DNA of 32,000 nt from an uncultured Methanomassiliicoccales archaeon (lineage in GTDB: Archaea > Thermoplasmatota > Thermoplasmata > RBG-16-68-12 > CAYFXO01), in the NCBI GenBank assembly GCA_964347125.1, contig CAYFXO010000001.1:5557-37556 (forward strand), written 5' to 3'. Shown here piece after piece: positions 9,413 through 18,665 of this stretch; positions within the stretch are counted from its first letter, which is position 1, and each line of letters begins with the position of its first letter. The notes beneath the pieces are model-generated. The model was given only the letters and a program-made list of their open reading frames with translations, searched no databases and had not been told where the DNA came from. The position numbers were made by a program, and so were the translations under genes.

Positions 9413-10636
9413 ATGCCCAGGCAATCCGACATGGACCTCTATCACTTCAAGCGGGAGCTGGAGGCGATCCAGAGGATCGAGGGACGCGGCACGGAACTGG
9501 TCAGTCTGTACGTCCCCCCGGGGAAGCAGATCAGCGACGTGGCGAACTACCTCCGGAACGAGCTCTCGGAGTCCTCGAACATCAAGTCCAAGAGCACCCG
9601 GAAGGCGGTCATGGGGGCCATCGAGTCCATCCTGTCCCGCCTGAAGCACTTCCGCCAGCCCCCGGAGAACGGCATGGTCTTCTTCGTGGGCCAGAAGCTC
9701 CTCGGCGGGGACAAGACGGAGCAGGTGGCGTACGTCATCGAGCCCCCCGAGCCCCTGGGCACGGACCTGTACCGGTGCGACTCCCGGTTCTACACGGAGC
9801 CGCTGGAGGAGATGCTGCAGGAGCGGGACCGCTACGGCCTCCTGGTCATGGACCGGGGCGAGGCGACCCTGGGCAGCCTCCGGGGGAAGCGCATCGAGCC
9901 CATCAAGAACATCCAGTCCCTCGTCCCCAGCAAGCACTCCAAAGGGGGGCAGTCCGCCCGACGCTTCGAGCGCCTCATCGAGATCGCCGCCCACGAGTTC
10001 TACAAGAAGGTGGGGGACCTGGCGAACGAGGCCTTCGCGGGGGAGGATCTGAAGGGCTTCCTCATCGGCGGGCCCGGGGCGACGAAGGACGCTTTCCTGA
10101 ACGGGAGCTACCTCCATCACGAGCTGAAGGGCCTGGTCCTGGGGCCGTTCGACACGGGCTACACGGACGAGTACGGGCTGCGGGAGCTCGTGGGGAAGGC
10201 CCAGGACACCCTCTCCGACCTCGCCCTGATGCGGGAGAAGGACCTCGTGCAGAAGCTCTTCGACGAGATCCGGAAGCCCCACGGCGGCCTGGCGGCGTAC
10301 GGGGAGGAGGAGGTGCTGCGGGCCCTCACCTCGGGGGCGGTGGACACCCTTCTCGTGTCGGAGACCCTGCGGAAGGACCGGGTGTCCTTGCGGTGCGCGT
10401 CCTGCGGTCACACGGAGGAGCGGACGGTGGAGGCGGGGAGCGACGCCATCGCGTGCCCCGAGTGCGGCGCGGCGGCGAGCGTCGGGGAGCGGGCGGACTT
10501 CGTCGACCACCTCCAGGGGCTCGCGGAGGCCTCGGGGAGCACCCTGGAGATTGTCTCAGGCGAGTCGGAGGAGGGGCAGCTGCTGATGAAGGCCTTCGGG
10601 GGCCTGGCGGCCCTCCTGCGGTTCCGGGTGAGCTGA
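9413..10636 (+). CDS. prf1: Peptide chain release factor aRF1
   Basis: Contains NIKS ('SSNIKSKST') and GGQ ('SKHSKGGQSARRFERL') motifs and a C-terminal zinc-finger region. Confidence 0.97.
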   Translation: MPRQSDMDLYHFKRELEAIQRIEGRGTELVSLYVPPGKQISDVANYLRNELSESSNIKSKSTRKAVMGAIESILSRLKHFRQPPENGMVFFVGQKLLGGDKTEQVAYVIEPPEPLGTDLYRCDSRFYTEPLEEMLQERDRYGLLVMDRGEATLGSLRGKRIEPIKNIQSLVPSKHSKGGQSARRFERLIEIAAHEFYKKVGDLANEAFAGEDLKGFLIGGPGATKDAFLNGSYLHHELKGLVLGPFDTGYTDEYGLRELVGKAQDTLSDLALMREKDLVQKLFDEIRKPHGGLAAYGEEEVLRALTSGAVDTLLVSETLRKDRVSLRCASCGHTEERTVEAGSDAIACPECGAAASVGERADFVDHLQGLAEASGSTLEIVSGESEEGQLLMKAFGGLAALLRFRVS

Positions 10637-12360
10637 TGACCCACGACCCCTGGGCGGCCGTCCTGGAGGAGGCGGAGGCGCTCCGGCAAAGCGCAGCGCG
10701 CGCCCTGGAGTACCCCGCCATCGACCTCCCCTTCCAGGAGCCGCCGGAGGGGCTGGGGGACTTGGGGTTCCCCGTGTTCCAGCTGGCGCCCGCCCTGCAG
10801 AGAAGCCCCGCGGAGATCGCGTCGGAGCTGGCGGGTGCCATGGAGGCGGGGGCCCTGCTGACGACCCACGCCGCCGAGGGCGGCTACGTGAACTCCCGCC
10901 TGGACCGGGAGGCCTTCGCCCGTCTCACGCTGACCTCCATCCTGGACCGGGAGGACGCCTACGGCACCCACCCGCCCAACAGCATCCGAGTCCTCGTGGA
11001 GCACACGAGCATCAATCCCACCGGCCCCGTCCACGTGGGGCGGGCGCGGAACGCCATCATCGGCGACACCCTGGCCCGCCTCCTGACGATGGCAGGGTAC
11101 GACGTTACCTCGGAGTACCTGGTGAACGACGCGGGCAAGCAGGCGGCCTCCCTGGCGTGGGGGGTCGCGAACGTCCCCGGGGACGACCTCCCGCCCCCCG
11201 CGCGGGAGAAGGAGGACCACGACCTCGTGCGCTACTACCAGAAGGCCAACGAGCTCATGGAGACGGACCGGAGCGTCTCCCTGGCGGTGGGGGACCTCGT
11301 GGTGGCCTTCGAGGGCGGGGACGAGGCCGTTGCGGCCCAAGTGAAGGACGCCGCGGGCCGGGTGATGGAGGGCATCCTGGAGAGCCTCCGGACCCTGGGC
11401 GTGGAGTACGACCGCCTGTTCTACGAGAGCGACGTCGTCCTGGGCGGACGGGTGGCCCGCGTGCTGGAGGACCTCCGCGAGCTCAAGGCCTACCACACGG
11501 AGGACGGGGCGGGGTTCCTGGACCTGGGGGCCTACGAGCTCCCCACCCGCGAGTCGAAGTATTTCCTCACCCGGGGAGACGGCTCCACCCTCTACACGAC
11601 CCGCGACATCGCCTACCACCTGGACAAGTTCACCCGGAGCGACGAGGCCATCAACGTCCTCGGGGAGGACCACAAGCTGGAGTGGCGGGCCCTCTGCGCG
11701 GCCCTGGACCTCATGGGCTCGACCCGCGCCCCGGAGGGGGTGTTCTACGCCTTCATCTCGCTGGAAGAGGGGAAGATGTCCACCCGGGCGGGGACCGTGG
11801 TGAACCTGGACGACCTGATGGACGAGGCCGTCGCCCGCGCCGCGGGGGAGGTGCGGAAGCGGCGGGAGGAGCTCGACGAGGAGGAGCGGGAGGCCATCGC
11901 CCGCATCGTGGGCCTCGGGGCGCTCCGGTACAACGTCATCCGGGTCCAGCCGGAGAAGCGCATAGTCTTCCGGTGGGAGGAGGCCCTGAACTTCGAGGGG
12001 GACAGCGCGCCTTTCATCCAGTACGCCCACGCGAGGACCTGCGGGATCCTCAGGAAGGCCGGGGAGGCGGGGGCCTGGGACGCCGCCGCGCTGAGCCACG
12101 AGCGGGAGGCGGACCTGGTGAGGGCCCTGGCGAAGCTCCCCCACACGATCCTCGAGGCCGCCCGCGCGCGTACGCCCCACACCCTCGCGACCTTCGCGAA
12201 CGCCGTCGCCGCCCTGTTCAACCAGTTCTACCGGGACTGCCCCGTCCTGCAGGCCCCCGACGACCTGCGGGACTCCCGGCTGGCCCTGGTGCGGGCGACC
12301 CGGGCCGTCCTCGCGAACTCCCTGGAGGGCCTGGGGATCCTGGCGCCCTCGGAGATGTAG
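10636..12360 (+). CDS. argS: Arginyl-tRNA synthetase
   Basis: Start ATG overlaps the aRF1 stop (TGATG). MTHDPWAAVLEEAEALRQ...; 'NPTGPVHVGRARNAIIGD' (HIGH-like), 'EEGKMSTRAGTVV' (KMSKS-like). Confidence 0.96.
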   Translation: MTHDPWAAVLEEAEALRQSAARALEYPAIDLPFQEPPEGLGDLGFPVFQLAPALQRSPAEIASELAGAMEAGALLTTHAAEGGYVNSRLDREAFARLTLTSILDREDAYGTHPPNSIRVLVEHTSINPTGPVHVGRARNAIIGDTLARLLTMAGYDVTSEYLVNDAGKQAASLAWGVANVPGDDLPPPAREKEDHDLVRYYQKANELMETDRSVSLAVGDLVVAFEGGDEAVAAQVKDAAGRVMEGILESLRTLGVEYDRLFYESDVVLGGRVARVLEDLRELKAYHTEDGAGFLDLGAYELPTRESKYFLTRGDGSTLYTTRDIAYHLDKFTRSDEAINVLGEDHKLEWRALCAALDLMGSTRAPEGVFYAFISLEEGKMSTRAGTVVNLDDLMDEAVARAAGEVRKRREELDEEEREAIARIVGLGALRYNVIRVQPEKRIVFRWEEALNFEGDSAPFIQYAHARTCGILRKAGEAGAWDAAALSHEREADLVRALAKLPHTILEAARARTPHTLATFANAVAALFNQFYRDCPVLQAPDDLRDSRLALVRATRAVLANSLEGLGILAPSEM

Positions 12361-12402
12361 GGCTCGCGCTGTATCGACGATGTGTCCACGGGGTCGGCGC
12401 CC

Positions 12403-15400
12403 CTACTTCTTCACCTTCGGCTTCGCCCGCTTCTCGGGCTTCTCGCCCTTCTCCCGCCGACGGAAGCGGATCTCGCCGCGCTGGTACTTCTTGCGAAGCC
12501 ACAGGAGCACGGGGACCGCGATGATCAGCAGGATGATGGCCAGATAGATGAGGGGTCGGACGTAGCCGGGCTCGATGACCCGGACCCAGCCGGGGTTCGC
12601 GTCGTTCGTGTTGTCGCCCCACTCGCCGTCCCATTCGCCCTGGACGGAGGCATTGACGTAGATGGTGTAGTTCCCGATGACATCGCGGGAGAAGGTGATC
12701 TTCGCGGTCTTCGTCTCTCCCGCTGCGAGGCTGTTGTTGACCGGGAGGACCCCAGTCGCGTTGAACCACTGGACGTCCGCGGGGGTCTTCAGCGACACGC
12801 GGTTGCCCGTCTGCCCGCCGGAGAGGAACTCGAACTGCAGCTGGACGTTCGAGGCGTTCGCCCGGCCCTCCAGGTTCTCCACCTGGATGCTCAGGGTCGT
12901 CGTCTGTCCTTGCTCGATGGTGCGAGGCTTCGCGTCGAAGGAGGTGGAGAGCACCCGGACGTTCGGGCGGCTCTCGGGGTCGATGAGGACGACGAGGGTC
13001 ACGTTGACGCTCCCCACGTTCCCCGCCTGGTCCGTCACGTTCAGGGTGACGGTGTACCCCTCGAGGTTCACCTCGTCGTAGACGTGGCTCACGTTGATGA
13101 ACTCCCCGGGCTGGCCGGGGCCCATCCCTTCGCCGTCGTCGAAGGTCCAGTTGAAGGTGAGGTTCGTGATGTCGTCGAAGTTGTCCGTGGTGTCGCTGGC
13201 GTTGAAGTAGACCGTCTGGCCCTCGATGATCTGGACGACCTCCGCGAAGGTCTCGTTGAGGACGACGAACTCCGGCTGGGGCTCGGTGACGTCCTTCACC
13301 CGGACGGAGAGCGTGGCGTTCTGGCTCTCGTGGTCCACCACGTCCGTCACCTTGAGGGTCGCGTTGAACTCGCCGGGCTGGCTGTAGATCTGGGTGGCGG
13401 TCTCGCCGAAGCCGTCGACGGTCCCGTCGCCGTCCCAGTCCCACTCCCAGGTCCCGATGAGGCCGGGGACGGTGCCGAACATCGTGTCGGTGGAGTTGGC
13501 CCCGCTGAATTCCACGGAGGCGCCCTCCTCCACGACGAACGTGGTCCCGTCCATCTCGGCGCCCGAGGTGATGTCCGCGGCGGCCACCGGGTCCTCCACG
13601 TCCACGGAGACGGAGATGTCCCGATAGGTGACGTCCCCGCCCGCTTCCGTGACCGTGAGGTTCACGGTGAAGTTCCCGCCGACGGTGTAGTTGTGGGTGG
13701 CCTGGATGCCGTAGCCGATGAGGGAGGGGTTCGTGTTGTTCCGGAACCTCCAGGTGAAGTTCGCGAAGGGGGAGACGAGGCCGTCGGCGCTGTTCGGGTC
13801 CGTGGAGTCCTCGGCGGAGAACGTGATGTTCTCCATGCCCCGGACGATGACGGTGTAGTTCTCGAAGGACTCGTTGAGGGGGTGGAAGGTGCCGTTGACC
13901 ACCTTCGCCCGGGCCGTCCCGTTGGCGCGCCGCTGGATGTCCAGGGTGGCCGTGGGAACGTCGGGGGCGGAGGCGGGCTTCGTCTTCGGGTCCACGGTGA
14001 CCGTGGTGAAGCCCGTGACCGCGACGTTCGTCGGGTTCGTGGTGTTCCCCACGAGCTCGTACTGGGCGGGGAGTTCGAAGACATACTGGTAGTCCTTCGT
14101 GACCGCGCCGGTGCTGTCGTAGGTGCCGTTCACCACGAGGGTGTACTCCTCTAGGTCGAGTTCGGGGTCGGCCACTGCGTTGTAGATGGCCGTCATGTTG
14201 ACCCAGACCCGGCCGCCCGCGTCGATGGCGGAGTCCGCGTAGGGCGCGAAGGTGGCGGCGAAGGTCAGGGCGTCGCTGCGGTAGTACTCGTTGTCGACGG
14301 TGAGGACATCGCGGGTGACGACGAACCGCGGGCCGCGGTCGAAGAACCAGGTGAGGAAGTTGTCAATCTCCGCGGTCGTCAAGGTGCCGTCACCGTCGCC
14401 GAGGGCGGAGTCGATCTGCAGACGCAGGTTGCTGACCCCGGCGTTCTCCAGGCCGGGGACGGCGCTGTCCGCATTGAGGGACCAGGCCCGCTCGAGCTGG
14501 ATGACGTTCCAGTTCTCGGCGACAAAGCTCACGGTGTTCGTGAAGGTCTCCTTCTCCGCGAGGGAGAGGGTAATGTTGCCCAGGTTCACGGTGCTCCCGG
14601 CGACCGTCAGGCCGCTCAGGGTGTAGGCCGCGTATCCATCGGCGTCCACCACGAGGGTGAAGTTGCCGTTGTAGGTCCCGATCTCGAACTTCGGTCCCGC
14701 AGAGACGCGGGAGAGGGTGCGGTTGTTGTCCTCGTCGTAGAGGACGGCCTTGATGGTCTTCGTGATCCCGAGGCCGCTCGCCGCGTCGAAGACGCGGCCC
14801 CAGACGACTGTCTGAAAGAGGGTGACGTTGTATTCCGTGGGCCCGCCGAGGGGCACGGGCTCGTCCGCGACAGCGTACTCCCGGTCATAGTCGGCGGTGA
14901 GGACGTCGCCATTGAACAAGTCGACGAAGACCGTAATCTCACCGGTGACCAGGTCTGCGTTGTACTCCGAAGTGGGTGTTAGGGGAATCCCGTTCCTGTT
15001 TATCACCAGGGGTGGGATGGGTGGATAAGACAGTCGGCTCGTGTTTGTGAGGTACTCGTAGTCAATTTGGGCGGAGTGATTGTAGAAGCCGACGATGTCG
15101 TCGCCCGGGAATAAGGTCCACATCGAGAGGGACACAATCCCTGTGTTGCGATCAATGGTGTAGTTGGGCATGCCCATGCTAGCATTCTCCACGAGGGGGG
15201 TGTACTCGGTTCCATTCCAGTAGACGAGATCCTCGTTGAGGACGTAAGGGGACAGTCCCACCAGGGTCAGGGGGAACGCGGCCTCGCCGCCTATGGCGTC
15301 AAAGATATTCGTCGAGTTGTCCCAGAACACGGTATGGTTGTATGTCGCCGTTAGGTTGTATTGGGGCGGGAGAGGGGTGTTGTAGGTCACGATGCCCGCC

Positions 15401-16359
15401 GCGGCGTTCAGCACGTAGTCCGACCACACGCTCCCGTTGTTCCGGACCGTGATGTTGAGGATGTCCGCCTTGGCCAAGACCGCCTGGGCCTCGCCGCCGA
15501 GAGATTGCAGCACGAGGGTTTCAGAGAACTGCGCGGTGTAGTTGTAGGACGCGGTCACTTCCGCGTCCGGCCCAAGGGCGGGGGTGAAGCTGACCTCTCC
15601 CGTGGGATAATCTATCGTATAGTCCCCGGGAGACGTCAGGGTCACGGCGTCCGCCACGATCGTTTCTGAGCCGAGGACGACGTTTGGGTTCGCCAGGCGC
15701 CCCGTCTTGCCATGGGGCACAATGTCGATGGTCGCGAAGTGCGGCGAGAGGCCGGTGTGGGTGACGTGAATCTGGTAGGTCCCGCTGTAGAAGTCCAGCG
15801 CGTACGTGCCATCGGTCGCCGTGGTCGTGGCGTTGCTGTACCCCATGTCCGGGTCGATGAGCGTCACCGAGGCCCCCGCGAGGACCTTCCCCGCGGAGTC
15901 GCGGACGGTGCCGGACACCGTCGAGTCGATGACGCGCGTCTCGAGGGGGATGTCCCCGAGGGACTGGTTCTGCCCGAAGTCGAGACGAAGGACGCCGGTG
16001 GTGAAGGTGAAGTAGACCTTCCCGTCCTGGAAGGGGTTCGAGTCGGGTTGGATGATGACCTCGTAGTAGCTGGGCGCGGGAGCCTCCACCTGGAAGTAAC
16101 CGCCCTCGATCGAGAGGGTGTTGGCCACATCGGCGACGCCGTTGGAGATGTCGTCGAGGCGGACACGGATCCCGCTGAGGCCTTCCGCCGGGAGGTTGTA
16201 GGTGCCGGATGCGTCAGTGTCTTCGTAGACCCAGCCAAACAAAATGGGCTTGGCCTGGGTCGCGCTCGCATGCCAGCTCGGCAGTGCCGCCAAGGCGCCC
16301 ATCAGGACGAGGAGCGCCAGCAACACCGCTGCTACACCGTTGGCGTTTCCCGGTTTCAT
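12403..16359 (-). CDS. Large surface protein: signal peptide, carboxypeptidase-regulatory/SdrD-like repeats, beta-repeat modules, EF-hand/dockerin-like motif, PKD domains, CARDB-like domain, C-terminal TM anchor
   Basis: 1318 aa; MKPGNANGVAAVLLALLVLMGALAALPSWHASA; 'FGWVYEDTDASGTYNLPAEGLSGIRVRL'; PKD-like '...NFTWRFRNN...ATHNYTVGGNFTVNLTVTE...'; 'VRVLSTSFDAKPRTIEQGQTTTLSIQVENLEG'; TM 'PLIYLAIILLIIAVPVLLWLRKKY'. Confidence 0.88.
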   Translation of the reverse strand: MKPGNANGVAAVLLALLVLMGALAALPSWHASATQAKPILFGWVYEDTDASGTYNLPAEGLSGIRVRLDDISNGVADVANTLSIEGGYFQVEAPAPSYYEVIIQPDSNPFQDGKVYFTFTTGVLRLDFGQNQSLGDIPLETRVIDSTVSGTVRDSAGKVLAGASVTLIDPDMGYSNATTTATDGTYALDFYSGTYQIHVTHTGLSPHFATIDIVPHGKTGRLANPNVVLGSETIVADAVTLTSPGDYTIDYPTGEVSFTPALGPDAEVTASYNYTAQFSETLVLQSLGGEAQAVLAKADILNITVRNNGSVWSDYVLNAAAGIVTYNTPLPPQYNLTATYNHTVFWDNSTNIFDAIGGEAAFPLTLVGLSPYVLNEDLVYWNGTEYTPLVENASMGMPNYTIDRNTGIVSLSMWTLFPGDDIVGFYNHSAQIDYEYLTNTSRLSYPPIPPLVINRNGIPLTPTSEYNADLVTGEITVFVDLFNGDVLTADYDREYAVADEPVPLGGPTEYNVTLFQTVVWGRVFDAASGLGITKTIKAVLYDEDNNRTLSRVSAGPKFEIGTYNGNFTLVVDADGYAAYTLSGLTVAGSTVNLGNITLSLAEKETFTNTVSFVAENWNVIQLERAWSLNADSAVPGLENAGVSNLRLQIDSALGDGDGTLTTAEIDNFLTWFFDRGPRFVVTRDVLTVDNEYYRSDALTFAATFAPYADSAIDAGGRVWVNMTAIYNAVADPELDLEEYTLVVNGTYDSTGAVTKDYQYVFELPAQYELVGNTTNPTNVAVTGFTTVTVDPKTKPASAPDVPTATLDIQRRANGTARAKVVNGTFHPLNESFENYTVIVRGMENITFSAEDSTDPNSADGLVSPFANFTWRFRNNTNPSLIGYGIQATHNYTVGGNFTVNLTVTEAGGDVTYRDISVSVDVEDPVAAADITSGAEMDGTTFVVEEGASVEFSGANSTDTMFGTVPGLIGTWEWDWDGDGTVDGFGETATQIYSQPGEFNATLKVTDVVDHESQNATLSVRVKDVTEPQPEFVVLNETFAEVVQIIEGQTVYFNASDTTDNFDDITNLTFNWTFDDGEGMGPGQPGEFINVSHVYDEVNLEGYTVTLNVTDQAGNVGSVNVTLVVLIDPESRPNVRVLSTSFDAKPRTIEQGQTTTLSIQVENLEGRANASNVQLQFEFLSGGQTGNRVSLKTPADVQWFNATGVLPVNNSLAAGETKTAKITFSRDVIGNYTIYVNASVQGEWDGEWGDNTNDANPGWVRVIEPGYVRPLIYLAIILLIIAVPVLLWLRKKYQRGEIRFRRREKGEKPEKRAKPKVKK

Positions 16360-16540
16360 CTCTGTGCCTCCAGCTCAATACTGGATTACCCCCTGTTGGG
16401 GGGCCCAAGGCCAAAGCGAAGGCCGCAGAAGAGATGGGGTTATTTAAGCTTTGAGCAGAGGCACACGGGAGCCCACAACACGACATGGCGTGGCCAAGCC
16501 GCGCAGAAGCGCGCCGAGACGGCACGTGGTCGTGGTGCCT

Positions 16541-16897
16541 TCAGCCCAGCTGCTCGGCCCGCCCCCAGACCTCCTCGGGGAGGCTGTCGTATGCGAACCC
16601 CTCGTCGGGACGGTCCTGCGGGGACTCCGCCTCGGACTCGTCGGGCAGCTCCCAGTAGAAGATCCGCCAGGACTTCCCGGAAGGCAGTAGCACGGTCTCC
16701 CAGGTGCTCCGCAGGAGCCCCAAGTCCTGCAGCCGGTAGAACAGCTTCCGGTCCTCACTGTCGATGGCGTTGTCGATGATTACGGTGCCGTAGCCGAAGT
16801 AGGAGAGGACCGTCTCCGCCATGCCCAAGGCTTCCGCTGACCCGATGCCCGCCTGCCTCTCGATGAGGCTGCCGAGGGTTTCCGGGGTCAGCACCAT
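16541..16897 (-). CDS. Small hypothetical protein (118 aa), possibly the DUF6015-like Thermoplasmata family (assignment from memory, unchecked)
   Basis: MVLTPETLGSLIERQAGIGSAEALGMAETVLSYFGYGTVIIDNAIDSEDRKLFYRLQDLGLLRSTWETVLLPSGKSWRIFYWEL; preceded on the minus strand by the TATA-like sequence 'catatataga'. Confidence 0.7.
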   Translation of the reverse strand: MVLTPETLGSLIERQAGIGSAEALGMAETVLSYFGYGTVIIDNAIDSEDRKLFYRLQDLGLLRSTWETVLLPSGKSWRIFYWELPDESEAESPQDRPDEGFAYDSLPEEVWGRAEQLG

Positions 16898-17058
16898 GGC
16901 CGCTCCTCCTCCTCACTTCTATTGTGTTTGTCCTTCTATATATGTCTTCCGTGGAACCTATCGGGCCTGGTCGCTCCACCTTATCAGAATTGATAGCAGG
17001 GTGAGGCCCTTCAAATAGCGTCGCCTCCGATGAGAACCCGAGCTCAGGCGGGAACCCC

Positions 17059-17235
17059 ATGAAGCGTCGGAGTCGGAAGAGCATGGTGGACATCCGCCGC
17101 GGGGTCACCGTGGTCCACCTGAACGTGGGCTCGGGCTACCTGACTTACCTGGCGACCCCCGGCGACGGGGTGCCGCGCCTCAAGACCATCCTTTTAAGGC
17201 GAAAGAAGCCTGAGGCATACGGCCAGGTTCCATGA
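17059..17235 (+). CDS. Possible small basic protein (58 aa)
   Basis: ATG at 17059: MKRRSRKSMVDIRRGVTVVHLNVGSGYLTYLATPGDGVPRLKTILLRRKKPEAYGQVP*; strong G/C bias at third positions for the first ~43 codons, TATA-like 'cttcaaatag' upstream, and its stop overlaps the next ATG (ATGA). Confidence 0.4.
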   Translation: MKRRSRKSMVDIRRGVTVVHLNVGSGYLTYLATPGDGVPRLKTILLRRKKPEAYGQVP

Positions 17236-17675
17236 AGGAAGAGGATCCCCGTTCCCGCCTCCGGACAGCCAAGCAGATCCGGGAGGAGTCCGAAGAGGAC
17301 GACTTCGACTTCGAGGCCGAGTACCCGCCGGAGGAGGGGTCGCCGGAGACCCCCGTGCGCATCCGGGAGTACTCGGATTGGGCACGGAGCGGCCGGTGCA
17401 TGGTGTGCGGGGAAGAGAAGGAGCCCTACGTCGAGGTGGAGGTGGGCGGCCAGTGGGAGTTCACCTGCCAGGCGTGCTACGAGCAGGAGACGGCCCCGAA
17501 GGAGCCGGCGGAGCCCGCGGGCGGGGTCGCATGCCCTTCCTGCGGCGCCCCCCTCCACCCGGGCGATCAGTTCTGCGGGAAGTGCGGTGCGGCGACGGAG
17601 GCCGCCTGCCCGGAGTGCGGCGCCGAGATGGAGCCCGGCGACAAGTTCTGCGGGAAGTGCGGCGCCTCACTTTGA
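17232..17675 (+). CDS. Acidic protein with multiple zinc ribbons (double zinc ribbon)
   Basis: 147 aa; CMVC...CQAC, CPSCGAPLHPGDQFCGKCG, CPECGAEMEPGDKFCGKCG. Confidence 0.82.
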   Translation: MKEEDPRSRLRTAKQIREESEEDDFDFEAEYPPEEGSPETPVRIREYSDWARSGRCMVCGEEKEPYVEVEVGGQWEFTCQACYEQETAPKEPAEPAGGVACPSCGAPLHPGDQFCGKCGAATEAACPECGAEMEPGDKFCGKCGASL

Positions 17676-18665
17676 CCGCTTAACGGTGACCTTGCGGTCG
17701 GGGCCCGCGTAGGTCTTCGTGGGGAGGGGGTCCCCCTCCGTGACCTCGAACCGCCCGAGGTGCACCTCCACCCGTTCCACGTCGTCCTCCAGGGCAGGGA
17801 TCGTCCCCTCCGCCAGGGGCTGCCACAGGAGGTAGGTGATGTCGTCCACCACTTCGTCGACGAAGATGGCCTTCGCCGGCTCCGGCTCCACGGTGGCCGC
17901 GTAGATCATCGGCGAGAGGGAGACCTTCAGGTTGACGCTCAGCGTCCCGTCCTCGCGGCTGATCGTGAGGACATTCTCGCCCCCGGCGGAGCCCTCGAAG
18001 GGTCCCGCGCGGATTCGGTGCTCGTGACCGCGCCCCTCCTCCACGGAGACCGTCTCGGCCTTGAGGGACGCGACGACGTGCTCCGTGAGGGCCCGGGCCA
18101 GCTCCCCGATGGCGTCCGTACCCGACGCGGCCTCGACCTCCTTGGAGTACACGATACCCACGGAGGACTTGAAGGCGTGGAGGGTGGAGCGATAGGACAC
18201 CCGCTGCGTGACATCCACGGGGACCTCCTCCACCCCGTTCCCCTTCGCGTAGCAGCGGTAGTGGGTGCCGTTCGTGACGAGGGACACCCGGTTCCGGTCC
18301 TTCCCCGCCCGCGAGAGGAGGGTGCGGTCGTCGACACCGCTGTGGAAGACGTCCTCCGGGGAGTGGATGTGTCGGAAATCCCCGCCGTGGCCGCTCATGG
18401 ACGGGTGGGAGTGGTAGAGGCCCACGATCCCCACGTTCCGCGGGTACCGCCCTGCGACTTTCGCCTCCTCCAGGGGGTCCGCCTCCGCCCCGAAGCGGCT
18501 CTGGCGGCGGTAGACGGTGCACGGGATGGCCTCGCTGATCCGCACGGTGCCGCCTTCCTCGAAGCCCACGAGCCACCCGATGACCTCCCGCCCGCGGCGC
18601 TTCCACCCCCGCCGGGCGTGGTCTAGGAGGGCGTCCAAGGCGGACCGCTGCAGGACGACGCTCAC
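17667..18665 (-). CDS. JAMM/MPN-type metalloprotease-like protein with additional C-terminal domain; last gene of the UFM1-like operon
   Basis: GTG start overlapping the E1 stop (GTGA). 'RGREVIGWLVG' (candidate JAMM Glu) and 'NVGIVGLYHSHPSMSGHGGDFRHIHSPEDVF' (HxHP plus S/D region); ~170-residue C-terminal region of unknown fold. Confidence 0.82.
   Translation of the reverse strand: MSVVLQRSALDALLDHARRGWKRRGREVIGWLVGFEEGGTVRISEAIPCTVYRRQSRFGAEADPLEEAKVAGRYPRNVGIVGLYHSHPSMSGHGGDFRHIHSPEDVFHSGVDDRTLLSRAGKDRNRVSLVTNGTHYRCYAKGNGVEEVPVDVTQRVSYRSTLHAFKSSVGIVYSKEVEAASGTDAIGELARALTEHVVASLKAETVSVEEGRGHEHRIRAGPFEGSAGGENVLTISREDGTLSVNLKVSLSPMIYAATVEPEPAKAIFVDEVVDDITYLLWQPLAEGTIPALEDDVERVEVHLGRFEVTEGDPLPTKTYAGPDRKVTVKRSK

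Noticed and set aside
9775-10635. N-terminal half of the 861-aa ORF 9775..12360 upstream of argS
   Set aside because: Out-of-frame reading of prf1 fused to argS only by absence of stops; the true argS start is ATG 10636.
12382-14154. 590-aa plus-strand ORF opposite the surface protein
   Set aside because: Antisense shadow ORF; the opposite strand has signal peptide, PKD domains and TM anchor, and this ORF has no recognisable motifs.
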